64,000 nucleotides of DNA, taken from the NCBI RefSeq assembly GCF_964213995.1, contig NC_135804.1, positions 59,148,001 through 59,212,000 on the forward strand. Reading direction: 5' to 3'. How positions within the stretch are numbered: position 1 is the stretch's first letter; every line of letters begins with the position of its first letter. The notes under the pieces are model-generated. The model saw only the letters and a program-made list of their open reading frames with translations, was not told the DNA's origin and ran no database searches. Both the position numbers and the translations under genes were made by a program. The DNA comes from Mustelus asterias. Its lineage: Eukaryota. Positions 49,878-60,211 of this stretch are shown here, in pieces.

Positions 49878-52781
49878 TCAAGCTATCCCACTCCCTATCA
49901 TCCTGGTGTGCTCCATGTGCCTATCCAATAACCGCTTAAATGTTTCTAAAGTGTCTGACTCCACTATCACTGCAGGCAGTCCATTCCACACCCCAACCAC
50001 TCTCTGCGTAAAGAACCTACCTCTGATATCCGTCCTGTATCTCCCACCACGAACCCTATAGTTATGCCCCCTTGTAATAGCTCCATCCACCCGAGGAAAT
50101 AGTCTTTGAACGTTCACTCTATCTATCCCCTTCATCATTTTATACACCTCTATTAAGTCTCCCCTCAGCCTCCTCCGCTCCAGAGAGAACAGCCCTAGCT
50201 CCCTCAACCTTTCCTCATATGACCTACCCTCCAAACCAGGCAGCATCCTGGTAAATCTCCTCTGCACTCTTTCCAGCGCTTCCACATCCTTCTTATAGTG
50301 AGGTGACCAGAACTGCACACAATATTCCAAATGTGGTCTCACCAAGGTCCTGTACAGTTGCAGCATAACCCCACGGCTCTTAAACTCCAACCCCCTGTTA
50401 ATAAAAGCTAACACACTATAGGCCTTCTTCACAGCTCTATCCACTTGAGTGGCAACCTTTAGAGATCTGTGGATATGGACCCCAAGATCTCTCTGTTCCT
50501 CCACAGTCTTCAAAACCCTACCTTTGACCCTGTAATCCACATTTAAATTTGTCCTACCAAAATGAATCACCTCACATTTATCAGGGTTAAACTCCATTTG
50601 CCATTTTTCAGCCCAGCTTTGCATCCTATCTATGTCTCTTTGCAGCCTACAACAGCCCTCCACCTCATCCACTACTCCACCAATCTTGGTGTCATCAGCA
50701 AATTTACTGATCCACCCTTCAGCCCCCTCCTCTAAGTCATTAATAAAAATCACAAAGAGCAGAGGACCAAGCACTGATCCCTGCGGCACACCGCTAGCAA
50801 CCTGCCTCCAATCCGAAAATTTTCCATCGGCCACCACCCTCTGTCTTCGGTCAGACAGCCAGTTACCTATCCAATCGGCCAACTTTCCCTCTATCCCACA
50901 CCTCCTCACTTTCATCATAAGCCGACCATGGGGGACCTTATCAAACACCTTACTAAAATCCATGTATATGACATCAACTGCCCTACCTTCATCAACACAC
51001 TTAGTTACCTCCTCAAAAAATTCTATCAAATTTGTGAGGCACGATTTGCCCTTCACGAATCCGTGCTGACTATCTCGAATTAATCCGCATCTTTCTAAAT
51101 GGTCGTAAATCCCATCCCTAAGGACCCTTTCCATCAATTTACCAACCACCGAAGTAAGACTAACCGGTCTATAATTACCAGGGTCATTTCTATTCCCTTT
51201 CTTAAACAGAGGAACAACATTCGCCATTCTCCAGTCCTCTGGCACCATCCCCGTGGACAGCGAGGACCCAAAGATCAACGCCAAAGGCTCTGCAATCTCA
51301 TCCCTTGCCTCCCACAGAATCCTAGGATACATTTCATCAGGCCCAGGGGACTTATCGACCTTCAGTTTATTCAAAACTGCCAAGACATCCTCCCTCCGAA
51401 CATCTATTTCCTCCAGCCTATTAGCCTGTAACACCGTCTCTTCCTCAAAAACATGGCCCCTCTCCTTGGTGAACACTGAAGAAAAGTATTCATTCATCAC
51501 CTCGCCTATCTCTACTGACTCCATACACAAGTTCCCACTACTGTCCTTGACCGGCCCTAACCTCACCCTGGTCATTCTTTTATTCCTCACATAAGAGTAA
51601 AAAGCCTTGGGGTTTTCCTTGATCCGACCCGCCAAGGACTTCTCATGTCCCCTCCTAGCTCTCCTAAGCCCCTTTTTCAGCTCATTCCTTACTAACTTGT
51701 AACCCTCAATCGAGCCATCTGAACCTTGTTTCCTCATCCCTACATAAACTTCCCTCTTCCTTTTCACAAGACATTCCACCTCTTTTGTGAACCATGGTTC
51801 CCTCACTCGGCCATTTCCTCCCTGCCTGACAGGAACATACCTATCAAGGACATCCAGTATTTGTTCCTTGAAAAAGTTCCACTTTTCATTAGTTCCTTTC
51901 TCTGACAGTTTCTGTTCCCAACTTATGCCCCCTAATTCTTGCCTAATCGCATCATAATTACCCCTCCCCCAATTGTAAACCTTGCCCTGCCGTACGGCCC
52001 TATCCCTCTCCATTGCAATAACAAAAGACACCGAATTGTGGTCACTATCTCCAAATTGCTCTCCCACAACCAAATCTAACACTTGGCCTGGTTCATTTCC
52101 CCGTACCAAATCCAATGTGGCCTCACCTCTAGTCGGCCCATCCACATATTGTGTCAGGAAACCCTCCCGCACACACTGCACAAAAACTGCCCCATCCAAA
52201 CTATTTGACCTACAAAGGTTCCAATCAATATTTGGAAAGTTAAAGTCCCCCATGACAATTACCCTGTGACCCCCACACATATCCATAATCTGCTTAGCAA
52301 TTTCTTCCTCCACATCTCTATTACTATTTGGGGGCCTATAGTAAACTCCTAGCAACGTGACTGCTCCTTTCCTATTTCTAACTTCAGCCCATATTACCTC
52401 AGTGTGCAGATCCCCCACGAAGTGCCTTTCCGCAGCCGTTAAACTATCCTTGATTAACAATGCCACTCCTCCACCTCTTTTACCAGCTTCCCTACACTTA
52501 GTGAAACATCTATACCCCGGAACGTCCAACAACCATTCCTGTCCTTGTTCTACCCATGTCTCCGTAATGGCCACAACATCGTAGTCCCAAGTACCAATCC
52601 ACGCCCCAAGTTCATCTACCTTGTTCCGGATGCTCCTTGCATTGAAGTAGACACACTTCAACCCACCTTCCTGTCTACCAGTACCCACCCTTGACCCTGA
52701 TACCTCCCCCAATACCTCACCACCCTCACTGACTTCTGGACTACAACTCCCTTTCCCACTCCCCTGACAAATTAGTTTAAA
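49878..52781 (-). CDS. CR1 ORF2: APE endonuclease + reverse transcriptase (open from 52892, no ATG upstream of the endonuclease)
   Basis: YFNARS, AITETW, YYRPP, GDFN and SDH endonuclease motifs; [24 protein letters not shown] and FADDTK RT motifs; no stops over 1004 codons. Confidence 0.93.
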   Translation of the reverse strand, partial: FKLICQGSGKGSCSPEVSEGGEVLGEVSGSRVGTGRQEGGLKCVYFNARSIRNKVDELGAWIGTWDYDVVAITETWVEQGQEWLLDVPGYRCFTKCREAGKRGGGVALLIKDSLTAAERHFVGDLHTEVIWAEVRNRKGAVTLLGVYYRPPNSNRDVEEEIAKQIMDMCGGHRVIVMGDFNFPNIDWNLCRSNSLDGAVFVQCVREGFLTQYVDGPTRGEATLDLVRGNEPGQVLDLVVGEQFGDSDHNSVSFVIAMERDRAVRQGKVYNWGRGNYDAIRQELGGISWEQKLSEKGTNEKWNFFKEQILDVLDRYVPVRQGGNGRVREPWFTKEVECLVKRKREVYVGMRKQGSDGSIEGYKLVRNELKKGLRRARRGHEKSLAGRIKENPKAFYSYVRNKRMTRVRLGPVKDSSGNLCMESVEIGEVMNEYFSSVFTKERGHVFEEETVLQANRLEEIDVRREDVLAVLNKLKVDKSPGPDEMYPRILWEARDEIAEPLALIFGSSLSTGMVPEDWRMANVVPLFKKGNRNDPGNYRPVSLTSVVGKLMERVLRDGIYDHLERCGLIRDSQHGFVKGKSCLTNLIEFFEEVTKCVDEGRAVDVIYMDFSKVFDKVPHGRLMMKVRRCGIEGKLADWIGNWLSDRRQRVVADGKFSDWRQVASGVPQGSVLGPLLFVIFINDLEEGAEGWISKFADDTKIGGVVDEVEGCCRLQRDIDRMQSWAEKWQMEFNPDKCEVIHFGRTNLNVDYRVKGRVLKTVEEQRDLGVHIHRSLKVATQVDRAVKKAYSVLAFINRGLEFKSRGVMLQLYRTLVRPHLEYCVQFWSPHYKKDVEALERVQRRFTRMLPGLEGRSYEERLRELGLFSLERRRLRGDLIEVYKMMKGIDRVNVQRLFPRVDGAITRGHNYRVRGGRYRTDIRGRFFTQRVVGVWNGLPAVIVESDTLETFKRLLDRHMEHTRMIGSGIA

Positions 52782-53698
52782 CCCCCCTGAAGAGCCGTAA
52801 CAAATTTCCCTCCGAGGATATTGGTGCCCCTCTGGTTCAGGTGCACCCCATCCTGTTTGTACAGGTCCCACCTTCCCCAGAACGTGTTCCAATTATCCAC
52901 GTATCTGAAACCCTCCCTCCTACACCATCCCTGCAACCACATATTTAACTGCACTCTCTCCCTGTTCCTCAACTCGCTATCACGTGGTACCGGCAACGTA
53001 CCAGAGATGACCACATGTTTCGTCTTGGCTCTCAGCTTCCAGCCCAGCTCCAGAAATTCCTGCTTTAAATCCCCGTCCCTTCTCTTACCTATGTCATTGG
53101 TACCAATGTGCACCACGACTTGTGACTGTTTCCCCTCCCCCTTCAGAATCTGGAAAACACGGTCTGAGACATCACGGACCTTGGCATCCGGTAGGCAACA
53201 TACCATCCGTGAGTCTCTTTTGCTGCCACAGAACCTCCTATCTATCCCTCTAACTAACGAGTCCCCAATAACTATCGCCCTCCCGCTCTCCCCCTTTCCC
53301 TCCCGAGCCACAGAGACGGACACAGTGCTGGAGATCCTCTCACTGCGGCTCCCCACTGGTATGTCATCCCCCTCAACCGTATCCAAAGCGGAATACTTGT
53401 TGCTAAGGGGAACGACCACCGGGGATCCCTGCACGGACTGCTTCCTCCCAGCCCCTCTCACCGTCACCCATCTGTTTTCAATCCTCGGAGTAACTGTATT
53501 CCTAAAGCTTGTGTCTATGGCCATCTCTGCGTCCCTGATGATCCTAAGTTCATCCAACTCCAGCTCCAGTTCCCTAACACGGTTTTGGAGGAGCTGCAGA
53601 TGGGTGCACTTCCCACAGGTGTAATCAGTAGGGACACTGTCGTCGTCCCTCACCTCAAACATAGTGCAAGAGGAACATTGCACTGCCTGCACACCCAT
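52772..53698 (-). CDS. CR1 ORF1: zinc finger/leucine zipper + SGNH esterase
   Basis: CSSC..CGKC zinc finger, LQNRVRELELEL coiled coil, IGDS, HIGTND and DGVH esterase motifs. Confidence 0.92.
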   Translation of the reverse strand: MGVQAVQCSSCTMFEVRDDDSVPTDYTCGKCTHLQLLQNRVRELELELDELRIIRDAEMAIDTSFRNTVTPRIENRWVTVRGAGRKQSVQGSPVVVPLSNKYSALDTVEGDDIPVGSRSERISSTVSVSVAREGKGESGRAIVIGDSLVRGIDRRFCGSKRDSRMVCCLPDAKVRDVSDRVFQILKGEGKQSQVVVHIGTNDIGKRRDGDLKQEFLELGWKLRAKTKHVVISGTLPVPRDSELRNRERVQLNMWLQGWCRREGFRYVDNWNTFWGRWDLYKQDGVHLNQRGTNILGGKFVTALQGGLN

Positions 53699-53891
53699 CC
53701 CCTCTAGATACCTTGCCAGTACCAGGTAGAAAGTGCAAAAATGAATTCAACTCACCCCTGCTCGCCCTTTCAGCCTAAGCCCTGTGAGCCAAAGTCTTAT
53801 AGCTCACACTCTGCTTCCCACACACTCCACTGCCCGCTCCCGACGCTTCCCGATGTATACTGCAGCCTATCTTTTATACTTCACGCGCTTA

Positions 53892-54540
53892 AAAAACCCT
53901 TCCCAGACTCCTTTGCTGCCCACTTCTAGTTTTCACTTTAAACTTGAAAAACTGCTGTTAAAGTAAAGGCCAAAAAAATACACACACTAGCTGACTAATT
54001 AAATAAATAAACAATTCAATTAATCTCTCACCAGCACTGCTGCTTTCAATCACCCCTCTCAGCTTGCTCCAGTGGATCAATGAGGGGGAACCTCCCAGGT
54101 AACTGACTTTTAAAGTTAAAATAAAAACCCTTCCCAGACTCCTTTGCTGCCCACTTCTAGTTTTCACTTTAAACTTGAAAAACTGCTGTTAAAGTGAAGG
54201 CCAAAAAAATACACACACTAGCTGACTAATTAAATAAATAAACAATTCAATTAATCTCTCACCAGCACTGCTGCTTTCAATCACCCCTCTCAGCTTGCTC
54301 CAGTGGATCAATGAGGGGGAACCTCCCGGGTAACTGACTTTTAAAGTTAAAATAAAAACCCTTCCCAGACTCCTTTGCTGCCCACTTCTAGTTTTCACTT
54401 TAAACTTGAAAAACTGCTGTTAAAGTAAAGGCCAAAAAAATACACACACTAGCTGACTAATTAAATAAATAAACAATTCAATTAATCTCTCACCAGCACT
54501 GCTGCTTTCAATCACCCCTCTCAGCTTGCTCCAGTGGATC
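53892..54540 (-). repeat. 231-bp tandem repeat (about 2.8 units) forming the CR1 5' UTR
   Basis: Unit starts at 53892, 54123 and 54354; the copies are almost identical. Confidence 0.95.
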
Positions 54541-57500
54541 TCCTTATTACTTTGGTGTCAATTCATTTCATAACGGTTCAATGAAGTGCCCTAGAAAACG
54601 GAGTGCCATTTTGCTCTGAGTGCTTGGGAGTTAAGGTGAGAGTGGGAGATTAGAAGAATTTGAAGAGAATTAACCTTAAATCTTGTTCGCAATGCTAACA
54701 CAAATGTTTGATATTTTTCCTCGACTGCATATTGCTGGATTAGAAAGTACTTTAGATCTAAAAAAGGTAGAAACAAGGACCCTTAGTGGACTAGCCAGAT
54801 GATTAATTTAGGGCAGATATTAAACCAGTTTAGACTGTTCTTTTGCGAACGGGAAGGCAGAGACTATAAAAACTAAATACCCGATGCCCTCGCACGGAGT
54901 GCCATTTTGCTCTGTGTGCTTGCAAGTTAAGGTGAGTGTGGGAGTTCAGGAAAGTGCAGGAGGGAGTATTGTTGCCTTGTTTCTCTTTACTGTACACACG
55001 TCAGTGAGGGCAGTTGCAGGCCAAGGTAGGAGGAGTGAACATGGGCGGTGAGTCTTTCTCTCTTATTCCTTTCTGACTTCGGAAGTGAAGGCTGGGTAGG
55101 GAAACAGAAATTGTGGAAAGTAAAAATTCGTGGTACAAAAATTAAAGCAAAGGGTATGGAGTTATTTGATTTATTTCCTTTTTTAAGACTTCTAACGTTT
55201 TGAAACTTAAAAGGATTTAGTGATGATGACCGCAGAGCTCGAAGCCGTGGTCTGGTCTTCTTGCTCCATGTGGAAGGCCGGGCAAATTACCCGTGCCGGG
55301 GACCAACGTGTGTGCAGAAGGTGTGTCCAGGTGCAGCTCCTGGAAGCCCGAGCGTCCGAGCTGGAACAGCGGCTGGGGACTCTGTGCATCATCCACGAGT
55401 CTGAGAGCACTGTGGATAGCACGTTTAGAGATATGTTCACACTACAGCTGAAGGCAGCAGGGGAACGGCTGACCCACGGGCAGTCCAAGAGCAACAAACG
55501 GGTAGTTCAGGAGTCTTCTGGGGTCTCGCTCGCAAATCGGTACTCCATTTTGGAGGCTAATGAGGGCGCTGGTTCCTCCAGGGAGTGCGTACGGACCCAA
55601 GCTTCTGGCACCACATGCAGCCTGTCTGTCCTGGGGGTGGGGTGGGGAGAAGCAGGGCATTAGTAATAGGGGATTCTATAGTCAGAGTAACAGATAGGCG
55701 CTACTGTGGCCGTCAACATGACTCCAGGATGGCGTGTTGCCTCCTTGGTGCTAGGGTCTGGGAGGCCACTGAACTGCTGCAAGGCATCCTGAAAGTGAGT
55801 GTGATAAGACAGAAGTCATGGTGCATGTTCGTGCTAATGACATCGTTCAAAAGTTCGAAAGAAGGATGAGGTCTTGCATCAAGCATTAGAGGCTAGGCAG
55901 TGGAATAAAAGGCACGATCTCTTGTTGAGTGATCTCTGGGTTATTCCCAGTGTCACGTGGTAGCGAACACAGAAATAGGAGAATACCGCAGGTGAATGCG
56001 TGGCTTAAGATTTAGTGCAGGAAAGAAGGTTTTAGATTTCTGGATTACTGGGACGAGTTCAGGGAAATGTGAGATGTGTACAAGCGGGATGGTCTACAGC
56101 TGAACCAGGGCAGGACTCATGTCCTTGCGGGACATTTTGCTTGTGCTGTTGGGAGGAGTTTTAACTAATTTGGCAGGAGCAGGGGACACAGACTATGAGC
56201 GGAATAGGGTCACCGCATAATACAATAAGACAATCAAGTCAGAGGGAGAACAGCTTTACCAAGTTTCAAGGGAGTAAGGCAAGGCTGGATGGCCTCTACG
56301 TTAATACCAGGAGTGTTGCAGGTAAAGCAAATGAATTAAGGACGAGGATTGACATGTGGAATTGTAATAATAACCATCGCAAAGATACGGTTGGGAGAGG
56401 GTCAGTACTGGCAATTCAACATCCCGGGATATAGAAACTTCAGGCAAGACAGAGGAGTGGGAAAGAGAGGAGCAAGCATTGAATTATTAGTTAAGGAGTC
56501 AGTTGCTGCAGTAAGGAGAGTTGCTATCTTCGAAGGGGCATTGAATGAAGCTTTGTGGGTAGAACTTAGGAATAAAAAATAAAGCCACATTGCTAGGTGT
56601 TTATTATAAACCCCAAAGAGTCAGTTGGAATTTGAGGGGCTAATATGTGTACAATATGCAAAGGCCTGTGAAAATAATAACAGTAGGATAATTATAATAG
56701 GTGATTTCAACTTTCCCAACATTAACTGGATAAACATAATGTTAAGGATTTGACTGGAGTAGATATTTTGAAATGCGTGGAGGAGAACTTTAGGCCAATA
56801 TGTAGAGCGTCCGACAAGGGAAGGAGCTGTGCTGGGCCTAATTCTGGAGAATGAAGCCGAACAAGTGGTTGAGCTGGTAGTGTGGGATCATTTTAGTGGT
56901 AGCGACCAGATCATGGTATGATTTAAGCTTGTTATGGACAAAGAAATATACAACTTCCCAAAAAGGTTTTGGATTGGGCAGAGCGGAGTTTAAGAAATGA
57001 GACAGGATCTTGCTAAGGCAATCTACGAACAGCTACAATTGGGGAAATCTACAGAAGAACAATGGGGGTGTTCAAATAGGAAATAGAGGGGGTACAAGCC
57101 CAGCATGTTCCAAGTAGGGTGATGGGAAAGAGTAACAATCCCAGAGAACCATGGATGACCAGATATATTCAAGGCAAGATGCAAAGGAAAAGAAAAGCTT
57201 TTAGCAGTTACAAGGAGACCAAATCAGCAGAGTCATTAGTGAAATACAGAACATGCAGGGCAGACTGTAAGAAAGCAATTTGAAATGCTAAAAGGGGACA
57301 TAAGAGAGCTCTGGCTTGTAAAAGTAGGGAAAAACCCAACGTATTCTATAAATATATCAATGGGAAGAGGTTAACCAGGGAAAGAGTAGGGTCCATTAGG
57401 GAGCAAGGGGCCAGTCTGTAGGTGGAGTGAGACAGTATTCAACGAATGCTTCACATCTGCCTTCACCAAGAGAATGAGGATGAAGGTATGGAGCTCAGAA

Positions 57501-57688
57501 GGAGGGACTGTGAGGTTCTTGAGCAAATTGACATAGGGAAGGATAAGGTACTGGAAGTATTGGCAAGCTTAAATGTGGACAAATCGCCAGGTCCAGGTGA
57601 ATTGTGTCCCAGGCTTCTGTGGCAGGCAAGAGAGGAGACTGCAGGGTTCTGACCCAATTTTTAATTTCTCTCTGGCCACAGAGGAGGT

Positions 57689-57826
57689 AAACACAGTCAG
57701 AGTTTTAACAACACGAGGTTAAAGTCCAACAGGTTTATTTGGTATCAAATAATCCTGTTGGACTTTAACTGGTGTTGTTAAAACTCTTACTGTGTTTACC
57801 CCAGTCCAACGCCGGCATCTCCACAT
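57689..57826. mobile_element. Short palindromic PLE pLTR insertion, 12-bp TSD
   Basis: TSD cacagaggaggt at 57677-57688 and 57827-57838. Confidence 0.85.
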
Positions 57827-58739
57827 CACAGAGGAGGTGCCAGAGAACTGGAGAACCTTGAATGTGGTTCCGCTATTTAAGAAGGATTGTAGAGGAAAGC
57901 CACGTAAGTACAGACCAGTGAGTCACAGGTCAATCATAGGGAAATTATTGGAGAAAATTCTGAATGAGAGCATCCACCTCTCATTTAGCGAAGCAAGTTC
58001 GATTAAGGATAGCCAGCATGGCTTTGTCAGAGGGAGGTCATGCCTACCAAAGTTGATCGAATTTTTTGAGGAGCTGACTAAGTTCACCTCCTCAAATGTA
58101 GTTTATATGTATTTCAGCAAAGCCTTTTTCAAGGTCCCACATGGGAGACTTATAAAGAAATTAAATGGAATACAGGATACATTGATAAAATGGATTCAAA
58201 ATTGGCTCAATTGAGGGAGACAGAGCGTGATGACACTTGATGATGGCTGCGTTAGTGACTGGGAGCCAGAGTCCAGTGGTGAACTGTGCTGGGTCCCCTA
58301 TTATTCATCATTTATATAAACAGCATAGGTAACTGTGGGAGGTAGGATTAATAAGTTTGTGGATGGCACAAAAAATGGCCGGATACTTAACAGTGAGGTA
58401 GAGTGTCTTGGGCTGCAAGGAGATAGAGATGGGATAATCACATGGGTAGATATGTAGCAGATTGAATTTAACCCTGAAAAATGTGAGGTGATACACTTTG
58501 GAAGGAATAATTGGACAAGAAGCACTCAATGAATGGCATGACACTAGGGAGTTCTGTGAAACTAAGGGACCATTGGGTCTTTGTCCAGAGATCTCTGAAA
58601 CCGCAAGCACATGTCAGTACATTGTTGAAAAAGTAATTGGGACACTTGCATTTATCAATCGAGGCGGAGCTTACAAAAGCAGGGAAGTCATGTTGGAGTT
58701 GTATATAACTTTAGTGAGGCCATAGCAAGAGTGCTGTGT

Positions 58740-59400
58740 GGTGAAGAAGGCATTCAGCATGCTTGGTTTCATCGGTCAGAACATTGAATACAGGAGTTGG
58801 GACGTCTTGTTGACGTTATACAAGACATCGGTAAGGCCACACTTGGAATACTGTGTGCAATTCTGGTCATTGAAAGGATATTATTAAACTAGAAAGAGTA
58901 CAGAAAAGATTTACTAGGATGCTATCGGGACTTGATGGATTGAGTTATAAGGAGAGGCTGAATAGACTGGGACTTTTTTCTCTGGAGCGTAGGAGGCTGA
59001 GGGGTGACCTTATAGAAGTCTATAAAATAATGAGGGGCATAGATAAGGTAGATAGTCAATATACCTTCCCAAAGGTAGGGGAGTCTAAAACTAGAGGGCA
59101 TAGGTTTAAGGTGAGAGGGGAGAGATACAAAAGTGTCCAGAGGGGCAATTTTTTCACACAGAGGGTGGTGAGTGTCTGGAATAAGCTGCCAGAGGTAGTA
59201 GTGGAGGCGGGTACAATTTTATCCTTTAAAAAGCATTTAGGTAGTTACATGGGTACGATGGGTATAGAGGGATGTGGGCCAAATGCGGGCAATTGGAATT
59301 AGCTTAGGGGTTTAAAAAAAAAGGGCAGCATGGACAAGTTGGGCCGAAGGGCCTGTTTCCATGCTGTAAACCTCTATGACTCTATGACTATGACTCTATG
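58740..59400 (+). mobile_element. Younger 5'-truncated CR1 nested in the older CR1
   Basis: ORF 58919-59302 and a (ctatga)n tail. The host CR1 resumes at 59401 (aattctggtcgccac). Confidence 0.85.
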
Positions 59401-60103
59401 AATTCTGGTCGCCACATTCTTGGAAGGCTGTAGTTGCTTTGGAGTGGGTGCAAAGGAGATTCACCAGGGTGCTACCTGGGATGGAACATTTAAGTTATGA
59501 AGAAAGGTTGGATAGACGTGGATTGTTTTTGTTGGAGCAGAGAAGACTGGACGGGGGAGAGGGGTGCACCTGATCGAGGTGTGTACGATTATGAGGGGCA
59601 TAGTCAGAGTGGATAAGGAGCAGCTCTTCCCCTTAGTTGAAGGGTTAGTTATGAGGGAGCATAAATTCAAGGTGAGGGACAGGAGGTTTATGGGGGACGT
59701 GAGGAAAATCCTTTCACCCAGAGTGCGGTGACGGTTTGGAATGCACTGCCTGGTAGCGTGGCAGAGGCGGGTTACCTCATAAAATGCGCCTGGATGAGCA
59801 CTTGGAACGCCATGACATTCAAGGCTACGGGTCAAGTGCTGATAAATGGGATTAGATGGGAAGTCAGGTATTTCACACGTGTTGTTGCAGACTCGATGGA
59901 CCGAAGGGCATCTTCTGCGCTGTATGATTCGATGTTATCGCGTCAAGGGGGTGGGTAAAAAAGCAAGCTGATGTTGTAAATCATCCTTTTTGAAACTCAG
60001 TTTTTTTTAACCCTCATTTTTAGTTGATCGTGCTGCAGGTGATTCCAAAAGCTGCCGGACGGTCACAAACGAAACGTATTTTTGAACAAGCGTAAAACAG
60101 GAT

Positions 60104-60120
60104 GTCAAACGTCATTGCGA
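60104..60120 (+). promoter_or_regulatory. Conserved proximal promoter motif (gene 2), next to an ETS-like acaggatgt
   Basis: Paralogous to 38455-38471. Confidence 0.5.
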
Positions 60121-60211
60121 TGGTTTTCAGATCAAATATTCAGCAGACAATTCACACAGTGATAAACACACGGTCACTCCTGTCAGACATCAACTGAACC
60201 TTTATCACAGA

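Larger units (their letters stand above)
49795..54540 (-). mobile_element. Full-length, apparently intact CR1 (HER1-like) LINE
   Basis: Tandem 5' repeats, ORF1, uninterrupted ORF2, 3' UTR hairpin region and a (CTATGTT)n tail. Confidence 0.95.
54590..59935 (+). mobile_element. Near full-length decayed CR1 with nested PLE and CR1 insertions
   Basis: ORF1 zinc finger (55220-55663) and esterase (VIGDSIVR), then endonuclease and RT pieces in order. The 5' motif cggagtgccattttgctctg is repeated at about 54599 and 54895. Confidence 0.85.

Noticed and set aside
52821-53624. 267-aa plus-strand ORF and similar antisense ORFs (50632, 28743, 13811)
   Set aside because: These are shadows of CR1 coding sequence on the opposite strand, with no independent motifs.
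9122-57826. Recurring ccaaataaacctgttggactttaacctggtgttg motif as a CRISPR-like or satellite array
   Set aside because: It is dispersed and part of the Penelope pLTR. There is no regular repeat-spacer structure, and the context is eukaryotic.
60155-60161. CACAGTG heptamer upstream of the gene 2 leader as a possible RSS
   Set aside because: No ACAAAAACC-like nonamer at 12 or 23 nt spacing, and it is not adjacent to the V exon.
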